Shown: positions 28,592-38,271 of the stretch, piece by piece
How the letters are laid out: each line of letters opens with the position of its first letter
Numbering within the stretch: position 1 is the first letter of the stretch
Assembly: GCA_963790305.1 (NCBI GenBank)
Contig: CAWBOC010000007.1
Location: 1 to 64,000 of the forward strand
DNA length: 64,000 nucleotides
Direction of reading: 5' to 3'
Source: an uncultured Gemmatimonadaceae bacterium
GTDB lineage: Bacteria; Gemmatimonadota; Gemmatimonadetes; Gemmatimonadales; Gemmatimonadaceae
Position numbers and translations under genes: made by a program
Notes under the pieces: generated by a model
What the model saw: the letters and a program-made list of their open reading frames with translations, nothing else
What the model was told of the DNA's origin: nothing
Databases searched by the model: none

Positions 28592-29698
28592 CTAGCGGCA
28601 GACCCCGGCGCTCGACCAGCGCGGGGAGAGCAGCTCGGCGCGCAGCGCGTCGCGAATAGGGCGCGCGGCGGGCGGATCGAGATTGGAGAGAACGATCGCG
28701 ACGAGGCCGCGTTCGGGAATCAGGTCGAGGTTCGTGCTGATGCCGTCGGCCCCGCCGTCGTGGAAGACGATCCGCTGCCCCTGGACGACCTCGTTGGCGA
28801 ACCCGTAGCCATACCGAGCGCCCGGACGGTATTCCACCGTTCCGGTCATGGCGATGGTCGCCGACGCCGAGTCGAGGAGCCGGTACCGGAGCACGCCTAA
28901 CGCGAACCGATGAAGATCGCGGGCCCGCAGCACCGCACCGCCGGCCGGCATCATCCTCAGGAGTCCAAGGTGCTCGGCGGGGCGGCCTCGGCTGTACGCG
29001 ACGGCGCGGTCGGAGTACGCGCGGTCGATCTCATCGGCGGGCTCGGTGGACATGCCGGCGGGAGCGAAAACGCGCTGGCGAATGTAGTCGCGATACGATT
29101 CACCGCTGGCCCGCTCCACGGCGAGTCCGAGAAGGACGTAGCCGGCGTTGCTGTACGCCCAGCTCGTGCCCGGCTGAAACAGCAGACTATCGCGGATGAA
29201 CAGCGGAAGAAAATCCGCCGTCCTTTGGAACGAGCCCGCCCCACGGGAGAAGAACGCACGCGTCCAAATGCCGCCGAGACCGGCTGTATGGGTGAGGAGC
29301 TGATGAATCGTGATTCGGCCGTAGGGCTCGTCAGGCAGGCCCGGGATCACCCGGGCAATCGTGTCCGACGGCGAAAGCTTCCCGCGCTGCACGAGCTGCA
29401 TGACCGCCACGCCAGTCAGCATCTTCGTCATGGAGGCGATGCGGAACCGCGTGTCGTGCGTTATCGGCGTTCGACGCTCGCGATCGGCAGCCCCCGTGTA
29501 CACCTCGAGGATGACGCTATCGCAATGGGCCAGGAGGACCGCGCCGCTGAACGAGCCGCTGTCCGCACGCGCCGACACCAGGCGTCGTAGCCCCTCGACC
29601 CCCTCGCCGGCCGCCGGCTGCCCCTTGGCAGCGCCGGTACACCCCGCCTGCGGCAAAAGGAGGAGAGCGACCGTCATCAGCCGCCTCATTCGCACCAT
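28592..29698 (-). CDS. Serine hydrolase, beta-lactamase/class C-like lipoprotein
   Basis: FRIASMTK (SxxK), LLTHTAG, YSNAGY, HDG; PQAGC lipobox-like. Confidence 0.88.
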   Translation of the reverse strand: MVRMRRLMTVALLLLPQAGCTGAAKGQPAAGEGVEGLRRLVSARADSGSFSGAVLLAHCDSVILEVYTGAADRERRTPITHDTRFRIASMTKMLTGVAVMQLVQRGKLSPSDTIARVIPGLPDEPYGRITIHQLLTHTAGLGGIWTRAFFSRGAGSFQRTADFLPLFIRDSLLFQPGTSWAYSNAGYVLLGLAVERASGESYRDYIRQRVFAPAGMSTEPADEIDRAYSDRAVAYSRGRPAEHLGLLRMMPAGGAVLRARDLHRFALGVLRYRLLDSASATIAMTGTVEYRPGARYGYGFANEVVQGQRIVFHDGGADGISTNLDLIPERGLVAIVLSNLDPPAARPIRDALRAELLSPRWSSAGVCR

Positions 29699-30240
29699 CA
29701 CGGGCCCTGCAACAAGTACATGTCCGCGTACCGCGCAATCGAGTCGGTGATGACGCGCATCGCCTTCACGCTCTTCTCCCACCCTACGGTCTGTACGCGG
29801 CGCCCCTCGAGGTCCTTGTAGATGTGGAAGAAATGCTCCACTTCCTTGAGGTAGTGCTGCGGAATGTCGGCGATGTCGAAGTACTCGGAGTAGTATGGGT
29901 CGTTGCTCGGCACGGCGAGGATCTTGTCGTCAGGCTCACCGCGGTCGAGCATCATCAGCACGCCGATCGGGCGCACATCGATCTGACATCCGGGGAAGGT
30001 CGGCTCGTTGACGAGCACGAGGACGTCGCAGGGGTCGCCATCCTCGTGCAGCGTCCTCGGGATGAACCCGTAGTCGCCCGGATAGTGCACCGCGGAGTAG
30101 AGCACGCGGTCGAGGCGAAACAGCCCCGAGTCCTTGTCGAGCTCGTACTTATTGCGACTTCCGGAGGGGATCTCGATCACCGCCGTGACTTCCTCCGGGG
30201 GATGCCTGCCGGGCGGAAGGTCGCGCCAGGGATGGATCAC
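29698..30240 (-). CDS. ppa: Family I inorganic pyrophosphatase
   Basis: VIEIP.GSRNKYE, LDRVLY, YGFIPRTL.EDGDPCD, DDKIL, FF..YKDLE. Confidence 0.96.
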   Translation of the reverse strand: MIHPWRDLPPGRHPPEEVTAVIEIPSGSRNKYELDKDSGLFRLDRVLYSAVHYPGDYGFIPRTLHEDGDPCDVLVLVNEPTFPGCQIDVRPIGVLMMLDRGEPDDKILAVPSNDPYYSEYFDIADIPQHYLKEVEHFFHIYKDLEGRRVQTVGWEKSVKAMRVITDSIARYADMYLLQGP

Positions 30241-31271
30241 GTCGTAACGCGCTCCATGGTCCCCTTGAACGCCATCGGCGCTTCGACAACGCCGAAGTTC
30301 TCGCTCGCCCGCTGCGCAACGCGCTCGAGGTCCTCGGCCGAGAGATCGTCGAGGTCGATCGCCTCGGCGAACTCCGTCAGCTGCTCCGCATCGTAAATGT
30401 TAGGCAGTGTCGTGATCACGCGCGGCTCCGCCAGCAGCCATTTGAGCGCCGCCTGGCCAAGGGTCATGCGCACCGTCAGGAAGTCGAGCGTGCGGATCTT
30501 TTTGAGCCCGTTCACGAGCCAGGAGCGCGGACGGTGCCGCCGATGATCGTTGGGCGGAAATACCGTGTCCTCGGTGTACTTGCCTTCCAGCATGCCCGAG
30601 GCATGGGTCACCCGGATGTTGAATACACACTCGGGCGCGTGCGCGCGCGCGGCATCGATCATCGCCGTGCCCGGATGCTGCTCGAGGATGTTCCAGATCA
30701 TCTGGATCGTGTTGATGTCGGGCTCGCGCTCCAGCAGCTCGACCGCCTCGTAGAGCCAGCCGATCGCCGGGCCGAACGCCGCTCCCCACGCGCGAAGCTT
30801 TCCTTCACGCCGAAGGTCGCGGAGCGTCTCCCAAATCGCGGCGTCGCGAACATGCTCCATTTTCACGTTGTGCAGCTGGAGCACGTCGATGTACTCCGTG
30901 TCCAGCCGCCGGAGACACTGATCCACGGCGAACCGCATGTACTCGGCGTCGAATCGCTGGGGGAGCTCGCTCTGACCGCGCCGCTCGGCCCGTGCCGCAG
31001 GATCATAGATGTCGTATCCGATTTTCGTCCCGATCACGACATCCGCACGGCGTCCTCGGAACGCCTCGGCGAGCTGGCGCTCGCTCCGCCCGTCGCCGTA
31101 GGTGTCGGCGGCATCGAAGAAGGTGATGCCATGCTCATCGCAGGCGGCGCGCAGCAGCGCCACGGCTTCGGCATCGGACTTCTCGCCCCACCATCCGGTG
31201 GAGAGCGTCCACAGGCCGAAGCCAAGCTCGCTGACGCTGATGTCCGTACCGGGAAAGGATCGATAGCGCAT
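30237..31271 (-). CDS. Aldo/keto reductase
   Basis: SELGFG, FFDAADTYG.GRSE, GTKIG, RRLDTEYIDVLQLH. Confidence 0.92.
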   Translation of the reverse strand: MRYRSFPGTDISVSELGFGLWTLSTGWWGEKSDAEAVALLRAACDEHGITFFDAADTYGDGRSERQLAEAFRGRRADVVIGTKIGYDIYDPAARAERRGQSELPQRFDAEYMRFAVDQCLRRLDTEYIDVLQLHNVKMEHVRDAAIWETLRDLRREGKLRAWGAAFGPAIGWLYEAVELLEREPDINTIQMIWNILEQHPGTAMIDAARAHAPECVFNIRVTHASGMLEGKYTEDTVFPPNDHRRHRPRSWLVNGLKKIRTLDFLTVRMTLGQAALKWLLAEPRVITTLPNIYDAEQLTEFAEAIDLDDLSAEDLERVAQRASENFGVVEAPMAFKGTMERVTT

Positions 31272-31278
31272 GGAATCT

Positions 31279-32268
31279 CTATTCGACGTGGCCGTCTCGC
31301 AGTCGTGTCGCGGCGTCGACGGCAAAGTAGGTCACGATCAAGTCGGCTCCGGCGCGGCGGATGCCGAGCAGCGATTCCATCATCGCGCGATTACCGTCGA
31401 TCCACCCGCGCTCGGCGGCTGCCTTAATCATAGCGAACTCGCCACTCACCTGATACGCCGCGACCGGGTGCCTCGTCTCGCGCTTCACCGATGTCACGAT
31501 GTCGAGGTAAGGACCCGCGGGCTTCACCATGACGATGTCCGCACCCTCATCGATGTCGAGGCGCGCTTCGCGCAGCGCCTCGACGCCGTTCGCGGGATCC
31601 ATCTGGTAGCCGCGGCGGTCACCGCTCTGCGGCGTCGACTCGGCAGCCTCACGAAAGGGACCGTAGAGTGCCGACGCAAACTTGGCGGCGTAGGAAAGAA
31701 TCGCGGTATCCACATGTCCACCCGCGTCGAGCGCCTCACGAATGGCGCGAACCCGCCCATCCATCATGTCGCTCGGCGCCACGATGTCTGCACCCGCCTC
31801 GGCGAACGACACCGCCGAGCGTGCGAGCAGGGGAAGCGTCGCATCATTGTCGACCTGGTTGTCGCGCAGGACACCGCAGTGGCCGTGATCGGTGTACTCA
31901 CACAGGCAGACGTCCGCGATGCGTACGAGATCGGGAATCTCTCGCGCCAATGCGGCAAGAGCGGACTGCACTGGACCGCGTGCATTCCACGCCGCAGAGC
32001 CCGACGCGTCCTTCTCGTCGGGGATTCCAAAGAGAATGACGCCGCCGACGCCCGCGCGAGCGGCGCGCTCCGCGTCGCGCAGCAACTCGTCCACCGAGGC
32101 CTGGACGACGCCTGGCATCGCCGCAATGTCGCGGCGTACGCCGGTTCCCGATCGCGCGAACAACGGCAGGACGAGCTGCGACGGATGGAGATGCGTCTCG
32201 CGAACGAGCGCGCGGAGAGCGGCGGTGCGACGCAGCCGGCGTGGCCGGTATAGGGGATACTGAGCCAT
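31279..32268 (-). CDS. hemB: Porphobilinogen synthase (Zn-type)
   Basis: [48 protein letters not shown]. Confidence 0.97.
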   Translation of the reverse strand: MAQYPLYRPRRLRRTAALRALVRETHLHPSQLVLPLFARSGTGVRRDIAAMPGVVQASVDELLRDAERAARAGVGGVILFGIPDEKDASGSAAWNARGPVQSALAALAREIPDLVRIADVCLCEYTDHGHCGVLRDNQVDNDATLPLLARSAVSFAEAGADIVAPSDMMDGRVRAIREALDAGGHVDTAILSYAAKFASALYGPFREAAESTPQSGDRRGYQMDPANGVEALREARLDIDEGADIVMVKPAGPYLDIVTSVKRETRHPVAAYQVSGEFAMIKAAAERGWIDGNRAMMESLLGIRRAGADLIVTYFAVDAATRLRDGHVE

Positions 32269-32280
32269 CGACTGCGCGCG

Positions 32281-33246
32281 TTATTCCGGGGCGGGAACCG
32301 GGACCTTCGACTCGGCGCGCAGACGCTCGAGTATGTATCGTCCGCCCCGCGAGAGGATATCGTACGCCACACGGCGCCCGGCGCCTTCCGGATTATCCAC
32401 GTCGACAGGTGCGTGACCGCGCACGAGATGCGCGCCGCGTGGATCGGAGATGAACGCGTGCAGGACGAGCCCGTCCGCCTCCGTCATTGTCAGTGCGCCA
32501 ATGGGGACCTGGCATCCGCCTTCCATCTCCGCGAGACACGCGCGCTCCGCACGGACGGCGATTCCCGTCGGTGCGTGATCCAGCGGCGCGAGCAGCTCGC
32601 GCATTGGGGAGTCGTCATCGCGCGCTTGCACCGCGATTGCTCCCTGGCCGGCCGCCGGAAGCCACGCGGGCGGATCCAGCACTTCGTCGACGCGCTGATG
32701 CACACCGAGGCGGTTGAGGCCGGCAATGGCGAGGATGGCGGCATGCACCTGGCCGTCATCGACCTTACGGAGTCGCGTCGGAACGTTCCCGCGGAGATCG
32801 ACGACCTCGAGATCTGATCGCCGAGCAAGCAGCAGCGCGCGACGACGAAGGCTCGACGTGCCTACGCGGCTGCCACGCGGCAGCTCATCGATCGAGCCGA
32901 CGCCGAGTGAGTCGTTGACGACGAGCGCATCGCGCGGATCCTCGCGCTCGAGAATGGCGGCGATCACGACGCCGGATGGAGATTCCGTCGGCAGGTCCTT
33001 GAGCGAGTGCACGCAGCACTCGACCTTTCCCGAGCGAAGCGCATGCTCGAGCTCCTTGGTGAAAAGCCCTTTCGCACCAATGGCGTTCAGCGGCTCTTCA
33101 ATGCGCTTGTCGCCTGCGGTTTTGAAGGTGACCAGCTCGGACTTCACACCGTGCACCGCGAGCGCAGCCTGTACCTGGCGCGCTTGACGCAGCGCCAGCT
33201 CAGAGGCGCGCGTGCCGATCCGAATTACGTCAGCGTCCCGGGCCAA
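32281..33246 (-). CDS. hemC: Hydroxymethylbilane synthase
   Basis: IGTRASELA, KGLFTKELE, VHSLKD, GTSSLRR, RGNV.TRL, EGGCQVPIG. Confidence 0.97.
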   Translation of the reverse strand: MARDADVIRIGTRASELALRQARQVQAALAVHGVKSELVTFKTAGDKRIEEPLNAIGAKGLFTKELEHALRSGKVECCVHSLKDLPTESPSGVVIAAILEREDPRDALVVNDSLGVGSIDELPRGSRVGTSSLRRRALLLARRSDLEVVDLRGNVPTRLRKVDDGQVHAAILAIAGLNRLGVHQRVDEVLDPPAWLPAAGQGAIAVQARDDDSPMRELLAPLDHAPTGIAVRAERACLAEMEGGCQVPIGALTMTEADGLVLHAFISDPRGAHLVRGHAPVDVDNPEGAGRRVAYDILSRGGRYILERLRAESKVPVPAPE

Positions 33247-34355
33247 TCGCGCGTGGACTCGATGAGATCACGCTCCCAGGCCGAATGCTCCGGCACGTAA
33301 TAGGGCACGCGCGTCTTCTTGAACTCGCGCAGCGAGTAGAGCACGAGATGCTCGGTGACGCCAGTCTCGCTCGCGATCGCGTCCGCGACCGCCTCGACCT
33401 CGGCCTGGCTGCGCCCATGGATCATCGTGAAGTGCGAGTAAGGCCAGTGCGGATACGTTGGACGCTTGTAGCAGTGCGATACCGCGCGAAAGCTGGCCAT
33501 CGCGCGACCCACTTCCTCGGCACGCTCCGACGGCACGTTCCAGACGGCCATGCCATTCGAGATGAAGCCGGCCTTCTGATGCCGAAGCACCGCGGCGAAC
33601 CGCCGCATCCGTCCTTCGCGAATGAAGCGCTCCGCCTCGCCAATGAGCTCCTCGAGTGAGAGAGAGGCTTCGTCCGCCCACTGAACGAACGGCTCCACAA
33701 CGAGGGGAACGTCGCGCTGCAACAGCCGTACGAGCTCGACATCGCGAGCGGTGGGCATGCGCGATGCCCGGACCTCGAGGACTTCCTCCTTGGTACCGCC
33801 GCGGGCGCTCGGCGGCGCAGTGCGTGCGTCGGACTGAGCGCCACGCTCGACATCGAGCTGCACACCGATCTTGTACAGCGCAAGCGTGGGCAGCAGCGCG
33901 TAATGCTCGGCCCGCACCTTCCAGGCGAGACGTGCTACTTGCTCCTCGAGCGAAAGCACAGCGTCCGCGGGGACGGCGATCGTGAACCAGATGTTGAATT
34001 GGCCCGACCGCTCGTAGTTGTGGCTGATGCCCGGATTCCGATTCAGCTCCGCTGCCGCCTCCTCGAGCTGGTCAGGCGGTACCTTGAACGCGACGAGCAT
34101 CGAGTCGTAGCCGAGCTTTCGCGTGTCGAAGATGGCGGAAATCTGCCGGATGACAGGCGCTTCACCTGCATGCAGCCGCTGTACGCGGCTCAGCATGTCG
34201 TGCTCATCGATGCCAACGCGCGCGCCGAGCTCGGCGAATGGGCGTCGCAGGAGGGGGAACTCGCGCTGAATCTCGTTGAGGATGCGCGCGTCGACGTCGT
34301 CATTTGCAACCCCAAGTCCTGCCTGAGGTTCGCGGACGGTCGTTTCGGCAGTCAT
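33225..34355 (-). CDS. Siroheme decarboxylase, fused AhbA-AhbB / NirDL type (Lrp/AsnC fold)
   Basis: Two AsnC-like repeats with SHNYER and SHCYKR (HxYxR), IRQISAIFD, RRFAAVLRH, WPY..FTMIH; directly upstream of hemC. Confidence 0.88.
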   Translation of the reverse strand: MTAETTVREPQAGLGVANDDVDARILNEIQREFPLLRRPFAELGARVGIDEHDMLSRVQRLHAGEAPVIRQISAIFDTRKLGYDSMLVAFKVPPDQLEEAAAELNRNPGISHNYERSGQFNIWFTIAVPADAVLSLEEQVARLAWKVRAEHYALLPTLALYKIGVQLDVERGAQSDARTAPPSARGGTKEEVLEVRASRMPTARDVELVRLLQRDVPLVVEPFVQWADEASLSLEELIGEAERFIREGRMRRFAAVLRHQKAGFISNGMAVWNVPSERAEEVGRAMASFRAVSHCYKRPTYPHWPYSHFTMIHGRSQAEVEAVADAIASETGVTEHLVLYSLREFKKTRVPYYVPEHSAWERDLIESTRDWPGTLT

Positions 34356-34407
34356 GGAGGGCAATCTAATGCCCGTGCGCACGGGCAGTTAAGGGGTTAA
34401 CGGCAAA

Positions 34408-34490
34408 GATGACAGAATTCAGAATACCGAGTTCAGATAGTTCAGACGGAACTGTCCGAATTCTGATTCCGTGTTTTGAACTCTGACATC
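34408..34490. repeat. Degenerate tandem-inverted array (CAGAATT-like 7-mers) in a divergent intergenic region
   Basis: GATGACAGAATTCAGAATAC pairs imperfectly with GTGTTTTGAACTCTGACATC. Confidence 0.65.
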
Positions 34491-34622
34491 TGTGCCGTGT
34501 ATATCTCGTTTACGCAATTGTGACCCCGGTCCATTGACGCATCTTTGTGCGCTCGGTACGTTCGCAATGCACGCCGAGCGCACGTGGCGACGCAGCTAAC
34601 TGCGGCTCGCGGGAGGGCCCCC

Positions 34623-34919
34623 ATGATGACCGAATTGAACGCTACCGATCGCGCGCGCCTTCGCGCGCAAGTCATAGATCAAGGGCTGGCGGCTGCTTTC
34701 GCCGCGCACGTGGCCGGCGCACCCCGCGCGGAGCTTCGCAAGGCAGTGGCGACGTTCGTCGCAGATGCGAAGCGCACAATGACGCCTCCCCAGGATGTCA
34801 TCGCCTCGCTCAAGGCGCACGTACAGCGCGACGCGCAGCCACACGTAAGCGCCGGCGAATACCCCTCCCTGGTGCAGCTCGTCGTCGGCTGGGCGATCGA
34901 GGACTACTACCAGACCTAA
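34623..34919 (+). CDS. Small hypothetical protein
   Basis: GGAGG upstream of ATG; helical; ends VVGWAIEDYY. Confidence 0.6.
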   Translation: MMTELNATDRARLRAQVIDQGLAAAFAAHVAGAPRAELRKAVATFVADAKRTMTPPQDVIASLKAHVQRDAQPHVSAGEYPSLVQLVVGWAIEDYYQT

Positions 34920-34926
34920 CTGAAGA

Positions 34927-35023
34927 GGCGCTGGACAGGCGCTGGGAAAGCGCTGGACAAGCGCTGGACCGGCGCCTTTTTTTTCTACGCCATTCCAGCG
35001 CGCCCAGCGCTTTTCCAGCGCCC
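34927..35023. repeat. Tandem-inverted array of RGCGCTGGA-core ~11-mers with a T8 spacer
   Basis: GGCGCTGGACA GGCGCTGGGAA AGCGCTGGACA AGCGCTGGACC ... three CCAGCGC units. Confidence 0.85.
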
Positions 35024-35030
35024 TTAGACG

Positions 35031-35432
35031 ATGAAAACCGCCACCGCCCAGCCGAAAACCATTGACGAGTACATCGCCGGCTTTCCACCCGATACTCAGC
35101 GCCTCCTGCGACAGGTGCGAGCGACGATCCGGAGAGCGGCACCCGACGCGACCGAGGACATCAGCTATCGAATCCCGACGTTTCGGCTGCACGGGAGCTA
35201 TCTGGTCTACTTCGCCGGGCACACGAAGCACATCGGGGTCTACCCGGCGCCGGTGAACGCTCCCGCGCTCAAGAAGACGCTGGCGCCTTACGCGACGGGA
35301 AAAGGCACGGTGCAATTCCCGCTGGACCGGCCGATTCCCTTCGACGTGATCACGAGAATCGTGCAGTTCCGGGCGAAGCAGAACCTGGAGAAGGCGGCGG
35401 CGAAAACGAAAAAGAAGAACGCGCGCTCCTAA
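35031..35432 (+). CDS. YdhG/DUF1801-family protein (iron-chaperone-like)
   Basis: TIDEYIA, ISYRIPTF, YFAG..KHIGVYP, GKGTVQFP. Confidence 0.88.
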   Translation: MKTATAQPKTIDEYIAGFPPDTQRLLRQVRATIRRAAPDATEDISYRIPTFRLHGSYLVYFAGHTKHIGVYPAPVNAPALKKTLAPYATGKGTVQFPLDRPIPFDVITRIVQFRAKQNLEKAAAKTKKKNARS

Positions 35433-36943
35433 CGACGGCGGGCGACGATCGCGTCGACGAGTGCAGGGATCGTCGATTGGTCGGACTCCACCGCGACGTG
35501 GAGACCAAGCGCTCTCGCCGCCTGGGAGGTCACCGGCCCGATGGACGCCGCCGGCGCGGCCCGCGCCGCCTCCGCGCCAACCGCGTCAACGAAAAAGCGC
35601 GCTGTCGAGCTCGAGCTCAGCGTCACCAGATCGATCTCCCCCGCACGCAGCTGGTCGGCAACACGCGTCGCGCCGTCTCCGTCGAGCACCGTTCGGTAGA
35701 TCGGAATGACGTCGACGTACGCGCCGAGCGCACGGAGGCCATCGGGGAGAACGTCGCGCGCCTCCGCCGCCCGGGGGAGGAGCACTCGCCGGCCTTTCAC
35801 GTCGTCCCGTCGTCCGAGCGCTTCCACCAGCGACTCGGCGACGAACCGGTCCGGGACGACGTCGGCGACCAGTCCACATCCGAGCAAGGCGTCCGCGGTC
35901 GCCCGTCCGATCGCCGCGATTCGAGCATGTCCTAACGATCGTGCATCGAGGCCGCGCGTCCGGATTGCACGCCAGACAAGCCCCACCGCGTTCTGGCTGG
36001 TAACCATCAGCCAGTCGTACGTGGCGACGCTGTCGAGCGCGCGGTGAAGCGGGGCGGGATCGAGAATTTCGAGACGAATCGCCGGCATCTCGATCACCGC
36101 CGCGCCAAGCTCACGCAGGCGCGCGGAGAGCGACGACGCCTGCGTGCGCGCGCGCGTGACCACGATGCGCTGTCCCGCCAACGGCCTGCGCTCGAACCAC
36201 TCGATGCTCTCCCGCAGGCGTACCACCTCCCCGATGATCGTGATCGCCGGCGCGGCCACCCCGGCCTCACGAGCGCGGTCGGCGATGGTCGACACCGTGC
36301 CAGTGACGACGCGCTGACCCGGCGACGTCGCGCGCTCGATCACCGCCGCGGGAGTATCCGGGGCTCGTCCGCCTGCCAGCAGCTCGCGGACGACGTCGGG
36401 GAGCGTGCGCACGCCCATGTACAGCACGAGCGTTGCGCTCGTCCGCGCGAGCGCGCCCCAGTCGAGTGCCCGCTCGCCCTTTTCGGGATCCTCATGTCCG
36501 GTCACGAGCGTGACCGCGGTGGCGACTCCACGGTGTGTCACGGGAATGCCCGCGTACGCGGGGCCCGCGATGCCAGCGGTCACGCCCGGCACGATCTCGA
36601 AGGGAATCCCGGCCCGCCCGAGCGCCTCCGCTTCCTCACCGCCGCGCCCGAACACGAAGGGGTCGCCCCCCTTGAGCCGCACGACACGCTTGCCCTCACG
36701 CGCCAGCCTGACGAGCAGCGCCTCGATTTCGGCCTGACGGGCCGACCGCCTGTCGCCGCCACGCTTCCCGACGAAATGGCGTCCCACCTCACGATCGCCC
36801 AGCTCCAGCGTCAGCAGCTCCTCGCTCACGAGGGCGTCATACACGACGTCATCGCAGGATTGGAGCAGCTCGCGCCCTCGGATGGTCAAGAGGCCCGGAT
36901 CGCCCGGGCCGGCCCCGACGAGATAGACGATGCCCCGCGTCAC
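35429..36943 (-). CDS. cobA: Uroporphyrinogen-III C-methyltransferase / uroporphyrinogen-III synthase fusion (CobA-HemD)
   Basis: VYLVGAGPGDPGLLT, RLKGGDPFVFGRGGEE, PGVTAG; then IVVTRA, TSQNAV, SSST, SIGPVT. Confidence 0.95.
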   Translation of the reverse strand: MTRGIVYLVGAGPGDPGLLTIRGRELLQSCDDVVYDALVSEELLTLELGDREVGRHFVGKRGGDRRSARQAEIEALLVRLAREGKRVVRLKGGDPFVFGRGGEEAEALGRAGIPFEIVPGVTAGIAGPAYAGIPVTHRGVATAVTLVTGHEDPEKGERALDWGALARTSATLVLYMGVRTLPDVVRELLAGGRAPDTPAAVIERATSPGQRVVTGTVSTIADRAREAGVAAPAITIIGEVVRLRESIEWFERRPLAGQRIVVTRARTQASSLSARLRELGAAVIEMPAIRLEILDPAPLHRALDSVATYDWLMVTSQNAVGLVWRAIRTRGLDARSLGHARIAAIGRATADALLGCGLVADVVPDRFVAESLVEALGRRDDVKGRRVLLPRAAEARDVLPDGLRALGAYVDVIPIYRTVLDGDGATRVADQLRAGEIDLVTLSSSSTARFFVDAVGAEAARAAPAASIGPVTSQAARALGLHVAVESDQSTIPALVDAIVARRR

Positions 36944-37851
36944 CCGCGGAAATACACCGAGGCGTAGCGGGGGCTCCGCTGCCGTAACGCATCGCGCACC
37001 TCGCCGACAGCGATCGCTCGGGCCGCGAGATGGGCCGCGTGCGAGTGACGCAGCGAGTGCGGACCGATCGCCTCGGTCGTCTCCGCGGGGAGCGCCGCCG
37101 CGCGCGCAATGCGCCTGAGCCGATCCCATGCGCGCTGACGCGACGTGTGCAGCTGCGTGCGTGGATGAATGAACACGAACGGACGGTGATGCGCGCGCCG
37201 GGGTGCCGGCCGCTCGGTCAGCCAGCGCGCCATCCACGCCGCGGGCTCGCCCTCGAGCGTCACCTGCGATGTCTCGCCTCGCCGGCCAACCACCTCGAGA
37301 TGCATGACACGAGGCCCGCCGCGCACCGCCTCCATCGTCAAATTCACCGCTTCCGAGACCAGCAACGCCCCGTGATAGCACAACCCGTAGAGTGCCAGGT
37401 CCATGCGCGCGGATGCATCGTCCCGCGCGCGCTTCGCCAGCCATTCGAACAGCATGTCGATCTGCGCGGCCGGGATGACGTGCGGCGCGCGGGGCTCGGG
37501 CACCGGCTCGTCGAGCGATTCGGCGGGCCCGGGGGCGCCCAACGACTCTTCGGCGATCAGATATCGGTAAAACGTCTTGATGGACTGGAGATGCCGACGC
37601 ACCGTCGGCGGAGCCCAGACGTCGTGCGACACACGCGCCGCGAAGTATTCCCGCAGGTCGCGAGTCGACAGCTCCTCGACGGGACGGGGCGCGTAGGCAC
37701 GGACGAGATCGGCGACGTCGGCGTGATACGCCTCGATGGTGGCCGCCGCACGGTCCATTCGCTCGAGCCACGCGCTGAATCGATGGACCGGGTCGAAGTT
37801 CGGCTCGGGATGGACCTCGGGATGCTGCGGTGTGACCGGAAGGTCACTCAC
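36940..37851 (-). CDS. XerD-like tyrosine recombinase fold protein with a degenerate active site
   Basis: SAM-like N-domain (TIEAY, TVRRHLQSIKTFYRYL), PHSLRHS, terminal VY; box I reads YHGALLVSE and LGH reads LRQ. Confidence 0.75.
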   Translation of the reverse strand: MSDLPVTPQHPEVHPEPNFDPVHRFSAWLERMDRAAATIEAYHADVADLVRAYAPRPVEELSTRDLREYFAARVSHDVWAPPTVRRHLQSIKTFYRYLIAEESLGAPGPAESLDEPVPEPRAPHVIPAAQIDMLFEWLAKRARDDASARMDLALYGLCYHGALLVSEAVNLTMEAVRGGPRVMHLEVVGRRGETSQVTLEGEPAAWMARWLTERPAPRRAHHRPFVFIHPRTQLHTSRQRAWDRLRRIARAAALPAETTEAIGPHSLRHSHAAHLAARAIAVGEVRDALRQRSPRYASVYFRG

Positions 37852-37864
37852 GGCGGAGCCTCGC

Positions 37865-38236
37865 TCAGGGGAGGTTCGACGCTTCGTCGATCTTGGTCGC
37901 CAGATCGTTGAGGTCGAATGGCTTCGTCATGAACGACGTGCGCCCGAGTGCGAGCATGGAGACGAGCGGTCCCATGCTGACGTAAGCGGTCGTGATGATG
38001 ACGGGCACCTGGGGATCGATCTCCCGCACCTTGCGCATTACCTCGATTCCGTCGGTGTCGGGAAGTCGCAGGTCGAGGACGACCACCTCGGGCGCGAACG
38101 GCCTGACTTTCGTCACCGCCTCGGCGCCACTGGCGGCGAACTCCATGCTGTATCGATCGGCGAAGAACCGTTCATACGACTTGCGTAGCGTCGCTTCATC
38201 CTCGATGAACATGACGCGCGTCAGCGTTTCGGGCAT
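37865..38236 (-). CDS. Single-domain response regulator
   Basis: IEDE, LDLRLPDTDG, IITTAY, TKPF. Confidence 0.92.
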   Translation of the reverse strand: MPETLTRVMFIEDEATLRKSYERFFADRYSMEFAASGAEAVTKVRPFAPEVVVLDLRLPDTDGIEVMRKVREIDPQVPVIITTAYVSMGPLVSMLALGRTSFMTKPFDLNDLATKIDEASNLP

Positions 38237-38271
38237 GGGGATACGGTAACTAGTAAGGCGGTGAACGGCAA

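Noticed and set aside
34519..34534. TGTGA-N6-TCCAT as a CRP/FNR-type site
   Set aside because: Only one half-site matches, which is too weak without comparative support.
35429..37771. 780 aa CobA-HemD with a long N-terminal extension
   Set aside because: The extension is an alternate frame of the Xer-like gene. CobA homology starts at the GTG at 36943.
36940..37851. Integrase marking a prophage or genomic island
   Set aside because: No adjacent tRNA, att repeats, phage genes or composition shift; neighbours are housekeeping genes and the active site is degenerate.
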